Positions 36,512 through 45,258 of a stretch of 64,000 nucleotides of DNA are shown one piece after another (position 1 is the first letter of the stretch; every line of letters begins with the position of its first letter). The notes under the pieces are model-generated. The model saw only the letters and a list, made by a program, of their open reading frames with translations, did not search any database and was not told where the DNA came from. Position numbers and translations under genes: made by a program. The stretch lies in the IMG/VR virus record IMGVR_UViG_3300035698_019437, positions 1 through 64,000 of that record. One strand, 5' to 3'. This DNA is from a virus.

Positions 36512-36837
36512 GTGATTGGTTTATAACTCGCGTTTCTTTGGGGAACAGGGCTATCAATTTCCCTCGTTTATTTGAATTTCGATTAAGTAATAAAATATAT
36601 CAATGTGAGTTAGTTTTTAAAGATTCGAAGCCTTATTATCTTATGTTTTGTATGGGGAAAGATGGGTTGCATTTTGAATGGGGTTCTTGTTCTAAAATGA
36701 CTATTTCTAGTAATGGTGAATATACTTTATCTGTTAGTCGTTTTGCGGATGAAAATAGTACACTTTCTGTAGCAGCCTCGGAAGTACTGAACGATCTTTG
36801 TTATAAATATTTTCATTGGATTCCTATGACAAGTTAA
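36508..36837 (+). CDS. W-tag paralog family (FHWIPMTS)
   Basis: ATGA overlap; terminal motif. Confidence 0.78.
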   Translation: MSDWFITRVSLGNRAINFPRLFEFRLSNKIYQCELVFKDSKPYYLMFCMGKDGLHFEWGSCSKMTISSNGEYTLSVSRFADENSTLSVAASEVLNDLCYKYFHWIPMTS

Positions 36838-36887
36838 GTGAAAAACAAATCTGTATAATAGTGTTATTCACATTATAGGAGATTCTA

Positions 36888-37079
36888 ATGAAACCTGCTA
36901 AGAAGATAGAAGTCAATCATTCAATTTGGACGCTTCCTAAATGGGCTAAAGAAGATTCGAAGTACAAAGACAAACCAGCAGAGTACTATAAAGAGTATAT
37001 TGACTACGTAAAGTCTTTTAATGCTGGTGTTGATGCAGCTAAAAAGGAACAGAAGAATGATGAAAGCAAAGAAGCGTGA
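36888..37079 (+). CDS. hypothetical protein
   Basis: AGGAG RBS. Confidence 0.7.
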   Translation: MKPAKKIEVNHSIWTLPKWAKEDSKYKDKPAEYYKEYIDYVKSFNAGVDAAKKEQKNDESKEA

Positions 37080-37371
37080 TAGAATTCTCACTGGTGCAGA
37101 TTTTCATCCGGACCTTTTAGAAAAACTCTGGCCCATACTTGAAGGCGGTATGGTAGAGTTTTTAGCTAATACTACGGATGTTTTAAGAGTCAAAGTAATT
37201 CCCATGTGGGAATCTGGTGATCCTGTCGTAAAGAATTCACTCGATTTTGAACTTGGTTTAAAAAGATGGCAAGAGGCTCAAGTTAAAATGTGTGGGCATT
37301 ATCTTATTCCTGAAAGTTTCCGTGTTGGTAAAGGAATTGCCGTTGAGTGTGTTATATCTAAAAAGGGTTAA
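37057..37371 (+). CDS. hypothetical protein
   Basis: ORF within operon. Confidence 0.65.
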   Translation: MMKAKKRDRILTGADFHPDLLEKLWPILEGGMVEFLANTTDVLRVKVIPMWESGDPVVKNSLDFELGLKRWQEAQVKMCGHYLIPESFRVGKGIAVECVISKKG

Positions 37372-37373
37372 CT

Positions 37374-37832
37374 ATGAAAGATGTGACTCAACCAACTATC
37401 ATAATAGAATCTGTTTGGTGTACTCCTGAGATTAATGATGAAAGCTTTACATTTGGAGCAAAAGAAGAAAATGCAGGGAATACTATACTAATTCCTCATT
37501 TCTTTTTTAATGAAGATGGAGCAGTTATAGGTGGAAGAGGTGCTTTGACTATACATAAAACCAGGTATAATACTCGTGAATCTGTTCCAGATGATGCTTG
37601 TGAAATCAAACAAGAGTGGGTAAATAAGCAAATTAAAGCTGCTGTAAAAATGCACCTTTCTTTGGGTGGTACTGAACAGGATAATTTGACTGAATTATAT
37701 GTTTATGTTTTTAGAAGAAGCGACATTCCTTGTCTTGGCATATTTGTAAATAAAACTCCATATATACCTTACATCGTATCTTTTAGAAAAGTAGACAGAC
37801 GAAACATGCCTTGGAAAGAGATTTTCATATAA
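37374..37832 (+). CDS. W-tag protein (MPWKEIFI)
   Basis: Trp at -6, Ile at -3. Confidence 0.72.
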   Translation: MKDVTQPTIIIESVWCTPEINDESFTFGAKEENAGNTILIPHFFFNEDGAVIGGRGALTIHKTRYNTRESVPDDACEIKQEWVNKQIKAAVKMHLSLGGTEQDNLTELYVYVFRRSDIPCLGIFVNKTPYIPYIVSFRKVDRRNMPWKEIFI

Positions 37833-37870
37833 GCTGGTAGGATTGTTTCGTCTATTGTCGTATATTATTT

Positions 37871-38083
37871 ATGGCAACTACACTTACAATGAATGATCTT
37901 ATTGTTGGAAAAACCTATAAATGGACTTTACAATCTAGTGCAAACGTTATAGGAATTTATAGGGGAAGAACATCTAAATTAGACGATGGGTACTACTTCT
38001 ATGTGAAAACCGTTAGTAAAAATGGAGAAGGGTTTTCTTCTGCTTATAATGAGAGAGAAATTGGTACTATCAAAGCAGTATGA
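37871..38083 (+). CDS. small SH3-like hypothetical protein
   Basis: LIVGKTY; after AGGA-N17-GTAT motif. Confidence 0.6.
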   Translation: MATTLTMNDLIVGKTYKWTLQSSANVIGIYRGRTSKLDDGYYFYVKTVSKNGEGFSSAYNEREIGTIKAV

Positions 38084-38463
38084 ACTGGTTAAAAAAGATA
38101 AAATTAGGACAGATAATCATAGAAGAGGATTCTCCTCATGCAGAAGAATATACGGGAATAGGGCATTCCGAGTATACTTTTAAGCCTGAAACCAAAATTA
38201 AAAATGAAACAGATGAGATATGGTCGTGGCAGAATGGGAAAATACTTTCTGTATCATCGCCTGGTCAAATGATACATGATGATTATTGGCCCGGTACTGC
38301 TGATGAAGATTATCATGGAAGATATGACGAGAAAGATGGATCAAAAAGGGTTTCGGTAGTACCTCCGTATGATAAAAGGATTCGCAATATCCCAAATCCT
38401 TTGTTGACTGCTATTCGCGAAAGATGGGGAAGCAACGTCTATGTGTACTACTATAATACGTAA
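38080..38463 (+). CDS. MNW-tag protein, paralog of 39399..39791
   Basis: MNWLKKIK; IGH..W.W..G..H..W..GRYD..VSV. Confidence 0.75.
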   Translation: MNWLKKIKLGQIIIEEDSPHAEEYTGIGHSEYTFKPETKIKNETDEIWSWQNGKILSVSSPGQMIHDDYWPGTADEDYHGRYDEKDGSKRVSVVPPYDKRIRNIPNPLLTAIRERWGSNVYVYYYNT

Positions 38464-38486
38464 TAACATCCGATAATATTAGTACT

Positions 38487-38708
38487 ATGGATATTAAAGT
38501 AGGATCAAAAGTAAGCTATCATGGCTATTTAGGAACAGTTGTTTGTATCAATTCTATCCCTCAAAGATGCCCTTGTGAAGAATATCGTGGACAACAAGGC
38601 GCACTTGTAAACTGGTATTATATGGATAATGAGAATGTAATTCAGAAATTCAGAAGTAATGATGAAGAACCAGATTTACAGTGGATTCCTTTAGATAAGT
38701 TATCCTAA
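38487..38708 (+). CDS. small SH3/KOW-like protein
   Basis: IKVGSKV..GTV. Confidence 0.62.
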   Translation: MDIKVGSKVSYHGYLGTVVCINSIPQRCPCEEYRGQQGALVNWYYMDNENVIQKFRSNDEEPDLQWIPLDKLS

Positions 38709-38742
38709 AGGGAATTACATCATATTTGAGTAAGATGTAATT

Positions 38743-39399
38743 ATGAATTGGTACCACACAGCGTCTGTCAACAGTGCGGAGAAAATCACTGCACTTATCG
38801 TCCCTCAAGTCTTTGAACGGATAAAAGCAGGGGAAGAAGCTTTCGTTTTATCAACCAATTTAGAAGAAACTGGAATAGAAACCGTAAGGGTTCATGTTGA
38901 TAAAGAAAATCTTGCATATCAAAATTCCAAAGCTACAGACGTTAAAGCTCAATATATGGCAATGGCTGGTGGAACTAAACCTCTTATAGGGCTTCTTGTA
39001 TTGGTTCCTCCTGATTTTGGACCCGAACTATATTCACAATTATATTCAGAACTACAGAAATCAGTTCGTCATGAATTAGAACACAATACTCAATCGTTTA
39101 CCGATATTCTGGAAGAGGGCAAAAAGCAACAGATGGGGGGAGGCCCAGAATCTTTAACTATAGAATCTATTGAAAGATATCTTACAGCACCTTTAGAAGT
39201 TGAGGCGTATGTTTCGTCTTTATACTATCAAGCAAAAAAGAGTAAAATCCCATTCTATCAAACTATAGACAACTTTTTCAATAGAATCAAGAAGACGTAC
39301 TTCCCTAAGTATTCTCTTCGAATAGAAAAATCTTTCGATAGGATAAGACAATCGTGGTTCGCATATGCTAAAGACCGATATCCAAAGGCAGTCATATAA
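38743..39399 (+). CDS. MNWY-tag protein with zincin-like HExxH motif
   Basis: MNWYHTAS; VRHELEH..YL..PLEVEAY. Confidence 0.78.
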   Translation: MNWYHTASVNSAEKITALIVPQVFERIKAGEEAFVLSTNLEETGIETVRVHVDKENLAYQNSKATDVKAQYMAMAGGTKPLIGLLVLVPPDFGPELYSQLYSELQKSVRHELEHNTQSFTDILEEGKKQQMGGGPESLTIESIERYLTAPLEVEAYVSSLYYQAKKSKIPFYQTIDNFFNRIKKTYFPKYSLRIEKSFDRIRQSWFAYAKDRYPKAVI

Positions 39400-39791
39400 T
39401 GAATTGGTATAGATATAGCCAAAGCTTTGTAGCTCCTTATGATAGGAGCAACTTTAAAACCATAATGGAAGTCGGTCATAATGCTTATTTTGGCGAAGAA
39501 GAAGAATGTACTGAAATGGTTTGGGTTTGGAAAGATGGAGTAATAGAAACACACGATGCTAGACCTGACAAACGAACTAAAATGACGCATCACGATTTTT
39601 GGGCTAGACCTAGTTTGTTTTTTCGCGGAAGATATGACGATTGTGGAGGGACTAAGAAAGTAAGCGTCAGCGTCTCAGAGGAAAAGTATAATGTTTATAG
39701 GTTTGATTTACCTCAAGATTTACTGAAGGCATTAGAATCTAAGTTTGGAAATGATATAACTGTATATCCGATGAGTGGAGACCCTAGTTAA
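39399..39791 (+). CDS. MNWY-tag protein, paralog of 38080..38463
   Basis: MNWYRYSQ; VGH..WVW..HHDFW..GRYD. Confidence 0.78.
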   Translation: MNWYRYSQSFVAPYDRSNFKTIMEVGHNAYFGEEEECTEMVWVWKDGVIETHDARPDKRTKMTHHDFWARPSLFFRGRYDDCGGTKKVSVSVSEEKYNVYRFDLPQDLLKALESKFGNDITVYPMSGDPS

Positions 39792-40126
39792 TGAGTCCTA
39801 AAAAAGAAACGATGTTAGAGGCTTTCCTCCGACAGTCAAACATAGACGATGGTGCTGCTGATAGAAGAAATGAAGCTATTGAAGAATCCAGTAAGAAGAA
39901 TGTACAGGAAGCTGGTAAACAGTTGTTTTCGGATCAGTCTATTAGTAAAGCCATGGATATCCCGACACAATTCCCAGACCCTGTAATTAAAGAATCTGAT
40001 ATTCCTAAAGAAGGCGAGAAGGGCTTTACAGAAATTAACCGTTGGACCCACGTTGGAGGCAAAACACCCGTAGAAGGCGGCGACGTAGAAATGGGCGATG
40101 TTGGACCAGAGACAGAGGTATTATGA
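39791..40126 (+). CDS. hypothetical acidic protein
   Basis: Coupled to both neighbours. Confidence 0.7.
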   Translation: MSPKKETMLEAFLRQSNIDDGAADRRNEAIEESSKKNVQEAGKQLFSDQSISKAMDIPTQFPDPVIKESDIPKEGEKGFTEINRWTHVGGKTPVEGGDVEMGDVGPETEVL

Positions 40127-42090
40127 ATTGGTATAGAACATCTCAAACTCTTGACAGTCAAGGATTGATGTTTTACCCTTGGTCAAAACCTTATAATGAG
40201 GTAGAACAAAGAAGACCTCCATCTTATACAGATGAAAAAGGTACAAATTATTATAAATGTCATGAGTGTGGAGAAATTATTCCAGAATATAGAATAGAGG
40301 AGTGGGGTGTATTCCCAGATGAATTTGAATCTTATGCATATCCTGTATTTAACATAGACCCAGATGCTTTGCGTAGCGAACTTTCGCGAATAGCACATTT
40401 GTTAGAAAATTATGTAAGAGAATATGAACGTGCTGAACAAGAAAATAAAGACTCTGGTAAAGATAATTATTTTTTTGATTCTACTTATAAATTAGAAGCA
40501 CCCGAAATAAACTCTTTTATTAAAAGTCTTCCGACTTTAAAATTATTTCTTAACTACAAAGCTGCTACCAGCATGTATGGATATACTGGTGCATTATCTC
40601 AACTTGTAAATGGTTTTAGTGGCGAAAGAGTTTCTGGTTATACTTTAAATAATGTTTCGGAATTTGTAAAAAATCCAGAACCAACTATCCAAGAAGCTGT
40701 TGACTCTTTATCCGGAAAAAATCAATTTAGCATAAAAGTAGTTTCACCTGTTTGTAAAGAATGTATGGATGATATACATACATGTGAATTTTGCAATACG
40801 CCGATTTTTAATAAAGATGAAGCGTATACTACTACTTGGAGTGACACCGACTTCATATGTAGAGATTGTATCGAAAGCGGAGAAGCAGAAATATGTCCTG
40901 ATTGTGGCAAAGCCGACGCCGCAAGCGATATGCATTATATAGAGGATGAAGGCGATTTTTGCGATGAGTGTTGGGGAAAAAGGAGACAGGATTATGATTC
41001 TTTAACTCCTGAAATAGAATCCCGTGGCGAGTCAAATACAAGACCATTTGACGATTGGTTTGACGGTGACGAAAAAGTATTTATACCGTTTTTAGATTCT
41101 TTGGAACAACCTGATGATACGGATCAAAAAGTTATGGTATTTTTAGAAGAACAGGGTTGGAATACTACTCCATTAGAGTATAAAAAAGGATATGCTAAAA
41201 AAGGCAAACGTAGTATGAAAATTGGGAAAATTCTTAGTAACATAAAAAAGAATATAGAAAAAAATGGCAAGATGTCTGGAATTACTCCTGAACAAATAGA
41301 AGAAACTAAAAAAGAAGCTTCCGAAGCACTTGAAATTTTCTCTCAGTCTAGGTTTAGAAAAATCAAAAATACTTCTGACTTAGAAATAGTTATTTCTCAA
41401 AATCCTCATGATGTAGCAAAAATGTCTACTAGAAGAGATTGGACATCTTGTATGAATCTAGAATCAGGATCAAGACAAGATGATGTTTTTTGTGAAATAG
41501 GAGAAGGCGGTCTTATTGCCTACATTATAAGAAAAGAAGATGAAGAAATAGAAAATCCTCTTGCAAGGGTTCTTGTAAGAAGATATGACAACAACAATGG
41601 TAAATCTGCTGCTGTTGTAGAAGAAACATATTATGGTAATGCTCCTCAAGGATTTATAGATCAGGTAAAAGATTGGGTTGAAGAAAAACAAGGTAAAATA
41701 ACACCTGGCTCATACAACATTAGAGGAATGAGTTGGATAGATTCTTTAGATTCTTCTATGACCGTGGCGAAACTTATCTCTTTAATGAAGAAACTTGGAA
41801 TGTCCACAAATTGGTATAAAATATCGCAGCAATTATCGTTGTTCGATCAGGACAAGGATAAACCTAAAGAAGAACCGAAGAAACCTGGATTGGATATCCG
41901 AGTTTTGTTTTCAAATAGTTACGGTGAACTGGAACTATTGATAAACGGCAAAAAATATACATATCAGCTTCCTTGGTCTGCTGTAGAAACAGGTCAGGAA
42001 ATAACTGATGCTATGAGAAAAGGTCACGGGAAACAAGTAAAAAGACTTATGGATGGTCTAGATAGGTATAAGAAGAATGAATTGGTATAA
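40123..42090 (+). CDS. MNWY-tag multidomain protein (zinc ribbons, PcfJ-like domain)
   Basis: Likely start MNWYRTSQ at ATGA overlap; several CxxC; IVISQNPHDVAKMST..WTSCM..ARVL. Confidence 0.8.
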   Translation: MNWYRTSQTLDSQGLMFYPWSKPYNEVEQRRPPSYTDEKGTNYYKCHECGEIIPEYRIEEWGVFPDEFESYAYPVFNIDPDALRSELSRIAHLLENYVREYERAEQENKDSGKDNYFFDSTYKLEAPEINSFIKSLPTLKLFLNYKAATSMYGYTGALSQLVNGFSGERVSGYTLNNVSEFVKNPEPTIQEAVDSLSGKNQFSIKVVSPVCKECMDDIHTCEFCNTPIFNKDEAYTTTWSDTDFICRDCIESGEAEICPDCGKADAASDMHYIEDEGDFCDECWGKRRQDYDSLTPEIESRGESNTRPFDDWFDGDEKVFIPFLDSLEQPDDTDQKVMVFLEEQGWNTTPLEYKKGYAKKGKRSMKIGKILSNIKKNIEKNGKMSGITPEQIEETKKEASEALEIFSQSRFRKIKNTSDLEIVISQNPHDVAKMSTRRDWTSCMNLESGSRQDDVFCEIGEGGLIAYIIRKEDEEIENPLARVLVRRYDNNNGKSAAVVEETYYGNAPQGFIDQVKDWVEEKQGKITPGSYNIRGMSWIDSLDSSMTVAKLISLMKKLGMSTNWYKISQQLSLFDQDKDKPKEEPKKPGLDIRVLFSNSYGELELLINGKKYTYQLPWSAVETGQEITDAMRKGHGKQVKRLMDGLDRYKKNELV

Positions 42091-42514
42091 ACATAGCGGC
42101 GAAAAGAAAGAAGTTACCGTATTTTCAGCAGAGTTGAAATTACATGATGGATTCTATTATCTAGATATCCCTCAATCTTTTATCACTGGCCTTTGGAAGA
42201 TGATGAAGCCAAATGCAGATGAGACTCCTTACAAACAAAAGAGTTACGGAGGAATGGGCGCTCATGTATCTGTTATAAGCGAAGAAGAATTTGAAGAAAA
42301 AACTAAAATCAAAGAGGTTGGCGAACGGTTTGACTTTACATTGATAGGTGCTAAAGAAGTTAATCCTGCTAGTTGGGATGAAATGAAGATGGTCTACTTT
42401 CTCGAAATAGATTCTCCTCAATTAAAAGAATTGAGACAGAAGTATGGGTTGCCTAAAACCTATAAAGCAATGGGATATGATTTTCATATAACTTTTGCTT
42501 TGGAAAAGAAGTAG
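42077..42514 (+). CDS. MNWYK-tag 2H phosphoesterase
   Basis: AHVSVI and FHITF (two HxS/T motifs). Confidence 0.82.
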   Translation: MNWYKHSGEKKEVTVFSAELKLHDGFYYLDIPQSFITGLWKMMKPNADETPYKQKSYGGMGAHVSVISEEEFEEKTKIKEVGERFDFTLIGAKEVNPASWDEMKMVYFLEIDSPQLKELRQKYGLPKTYKAMGYDFHITFALEKK

Positions 42515-42578
42515 GATAATAGCTTTTTATATAGTATCTTAATATGTCTTATCTCCTTTTGGGTTAGTTTCATGGAAG

Positions 42579-42612
42579 GTGCGACAGGGTTTCGATCTTG
42601 TCGCACTTTTTT
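42579..42612 (+). terminator. Rho-independent terminator
   Basis: GTGCGACAGGGT-TTCG-ATCTTGTCGCAC followed by TTTTTT. Confidence 0.82.
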
Positions 42613-42684
42613 ATGTACAAAATAAAGGAGAGAACCGTATAAAGCCGAACTTTATTATAAGGAAGTCTACAAACAGGCAGTAAT

Positions 42685-42903
42685 ATGGAAACTATAGAAC
42701 CAGAAGAACCTGAGCCTAAAACGTATGAAAAGACTAGCCACAATTTGTTTAATGGCAGCGACGTTTTTCTGCCCTCTTGGATACGATATTATGTTCAAAA
42801 GCATAATGGTGTTGACAGGTGGTTACTGGATTACTGTTGCAGTTTTCTATTGCCTATCTGCTTTGTTCTTTGGACTTTTTTTCTGGTTGTCACGTTTATC
42901 TAA
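42685..42903 (+). CDS. small membrane-anchored protein
   Basis: C-terminal hydrophobic helix. Confidence 0.55.
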   Translation: METIEPEEPEPKTYEKTSHNLFNGSDVFLPSWIRYYVQKHNGVDRWLLDYCCSFLLPICFVLWTFFLVVTFI

Positions 42904-42915
42904 AAAGGCGAAATC

Positions 42916-43857
42916 ATGAAAAAGTATTTTGATCTTATAAAAGAAGCCGCCCCAAATCTTATTGGAAGAAATATAAATCCTCAAACAGGAAGACGACAGC
43001 AACTGCAACAAAGAGTTGCCCCTGGAACACAACAGACAGTCGTTAATAGACCTCCACCCGGCGAGATACCTCTCGCGCCCGCAGGCGATCCTATACCGAC
43101 TAACGCAGTACCTACTGTTAATTCTGGAATCCAATCAAGAGAAGAGTCTATGGAACAAGCTGCCGCTGGTTGGGCCGGTGGAACATTAAACCCAGCAGCA
43201 TCGCCAGCAACAGCCGCGCCAGCAACAGCCGCGCCAGCAGCAGTTGCACCTACCGATACTTCTGCTCCTATTGCAACTCCTACTACTCCGGTTGCAGGAA
43301 CTACTGGTACAGAATCTGGTGCTTCGTTTGCACAACAATTTAACAATTCTTTGACTCAAGCACAACAACAAGCTTCTAACGGGATAACTCAATTAACAGG
43401 TGCTCTTGGTCAATTATCATCGATGGGTGGTAACAGAACTATAAATAAAAAAGTATCAAAAGTAAATAAATTAGTGCAGCAACTAAAACAACGAATAGAT
43501 AATCTACAATCTCTTGGAGTTCCTATTCCAGCGGCGGGTATCGATTCTCGCATGGCAGGTAACTACTTCGATCTTATTAAAAATGCTAATGATATGTCAC
43601 CAGAACAGATGCAAGAATTTCAAGATTTTCAGCAGTTTCAAGAATTAAGACAAGAGCGTCGTCAACGACAACGGCCTCCAACAGCAAATCCTATGCAATA
43701 TCTTGAAAAAACCATAAATGGTGGTTTGTTAGAACTACAAAAATCTATGGATATTTTAAATAGAGCCGCTGCAACAAATCCCAATGTCTTAAAAGAAGTT
43801 AGAGAAGTAGGTAAACTTATAGGCCGGATAAGAATGATACTAGTAGGTCAAGGCTAA
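42916..43857 (+). CDS. Gln/Ala/Pro-rich protein with duplicated YFDLIKxA motif
   Basis: MKKYFDLIKEAA at start and MAGNYFDLIKNAN internally. Confidence 0.78.
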   Translation: MKKYFDLIKEAAPNLIGRNINPQTGRRQQLQQRVAPGTQQTVVNRPPPGEIPLAPAGDPIPTNAVPTVNSGIQSREESMEQAAAGWAGGTLNPAASPATAAPATAAPAAVAPTDTSAPIATPTTPVAGTTGTESGASFAQQFNNSLTQAQQQASNGITQLTGALGQLSSMGGNRTINKKVSKVNKLVQQLKQRIDNLQSLGVPIPAAGIDSRMAGNYFDLIKNANDMSPEQMQEFQDFQQFQELRQERRQRQRPPTANPMQYLEKTINGGLLELQKSMDILNRAAATNPNVLKEVREVGKLIGRIRMILVGQG

Positions 43858-43858
43858 T

Positions 43859-44425
43859 ATGAGTTGGTATAAACAAGCACAACAAAGCGAAAAAGCATTT
43901 TTTGCAAAGAATAAGGCGGTAGATTATAATGCGTCTCCGTCTCCTGATCAAGTGGGTCAATACTATACTATGTTTGATGTACAGCGATACGTTATGGATA
44001 GCTATAGTATGAAAGTTGCAATAAGCAAAACGAAAACCAAATATGCTGTTTCTTTTTTGTGTAATCACGACTTCCTCGGTTCTGTAGCTTGGTCTGCTTA
44101 CTGGGCTTATGATGTAGATCAGTTCAAAGAAGCTGTAACTACGTATGAAAAAGTAAAAGTAGGTGTTGGAGAAGTTGTAACTAAATTTGTTGAAGAGGAG
44201 ATACCGACTTCTATTTTTTGGCCTTTTATGAGACATAAGCTTTATAAAATTGACAACATGGCTCGTTCGAAGAAAAATATCCCCTATGTTAATTATACCA
44301 GAGATTTGGAATATAGTCCCGATTGGCGAGAAAATATCTATGGAACCAGATATCCAACATATGAAGAAAAAAGTTACGCACAGTACCTGAATAGCGGTAA
44401 ATGCTATAACGAAGCCCGAAAGTAG
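43859..44425 (+). CDS. MSWYK-tag hypothetical protein
   Basis: MSWYKQAQ. Confidence 0.78.
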   Translation: MSWYKQAQQSEKAFFAKNKAVDYNASPSPDQVGQYYTMFDVQRYVMDSYSMKVAISKTKTKYAVSFLCNHDFLGSVAWSAYWAYDVDQFKEAVTTYEKVKVGVGEVVTKFVEEEIPTSIFWPFMRHKLYKIDNMARSKKNIPYVNYTRDLEYSPDWRENIYGTRYPTYEEKSYAQYLNSGKCYNEARK

Positions 44426-44598
44426 TAAATGATTGTCTACACAGGGGCTATAGAAGCCCTTGTGATGACTAAGGATCAACTCTAACGCAGTTTCTTTGTA
44501 TAAACAACCCTATCCTCCAAATGTATTGTTGAATGCCTTGTAATCAATCTACGTTTTCTTACGTAATGTGTGAAAGATGACGCGGTATACTCTCCGTC

Positions 44599-45258
44599 AT
44601 GGCTACGTATTATGAAAGACGCAACTGGAATATAAAATATTTAGGTTATATCTCTTGGGACGAATATTTATCATCAGATTTGTGGAAAAATATACGTAGT
44701 AAGGTTTTTAGCAGAGATAAAAACATGTGTTGTATTTGTAGTTTTACCGCTAATGCTGTACATCATTTAGATTATGATATAAAGACTCTTAAGGGAGAGA
44801 ATAGATATAATCTAATTGCAATTTGTGATAAGTGTCACAACAAAATAGAATTTACGGATAGTGGTAAAAAAAGATTTAGTCGCAAACGTATATTACAGGC
44901 TAAAAAAAGGTTAATTCAACAGTACTCTAAGACTAATAAAATAAACGATCAATTTGTGGAAGTTAAGAAGAAAATTGAAGATAAGCGATTTAGCCACAAA
45001 TTGTCTAAGAAGAAAAAATCTGAAAAAATTCGCTTAAAAATCAGGAAACAACAAAAACTAGAAAATAAGAAAAAATGGCAAAAAGAAGAACAAAAAAAGC
45101 TTAAAGCATTCTTATCTAGACAAAAAGAAGAATATAATAGAATATCTGAATATATTTTGAATCATCCTAGTCTAAATGTGTCTGAATATTGCAATATATT
45201 GCATATAAGAAAACATAAATTACATTTAATTAGAAGAAAAATGCTTTCAAATAGATAA
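44599..45258 (+). CDS. HNH endonuclease with Lys-rich tail
   Basis: YL.S..W..IR..VF.RD..CCIC..VHHLDY..LIAICDKCH. Confidence 0.82.
   Translation: MATYYERRNWNIKYLGYISWDEYLSSDLWKNIRSKVFSRDKNMCCICSFTANAVHHLDYDIKTLKGENRYNLIAICDKCHNKIEFTDSGKKRFSRKRILQAKKRLIQQYSKTNKINDQFVEVKKKIEDKRFSHKLSKKKKSEKIRLKIRKQQKLENKKKWQKEEQKKLKAFLSRQKEEYNRISEYILNHPSLNVSEYCNILHIRKHKLHLIRRKMLSNR

Noticed and set aside
32341-36837. W-tag as only a Shine-Dalgarno or integron-like recombination site
   Set aside because: The TGG lies about 17 nt before the next ATG, the tag persists where no coupled gene follows (5740, 36837, 37832), and there is no palindrome. The frequent last Ile/Leu is partly explained by the ATGA overlap, so this is not fully excluded.
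32014-36837. Diversity-generating retroelement behind the paralog array
   Set aside because: No reverse transcriptase and no near-identical template/variable repeat pair in the window.
42579-42612. tmRNA 5' end (GCGACAGGGTTTCGA)
   Set aside because: It pairs fully with the adjacent sequence and is followed by a T run, so it is a terminator; no tmRNA 3' end was seen.
43202-43239. 15-nt tandem repeat CGCCAGCAACAGCCG
   Set aside because: Simple coding duplication in a Pro/Ala/Thr linker.
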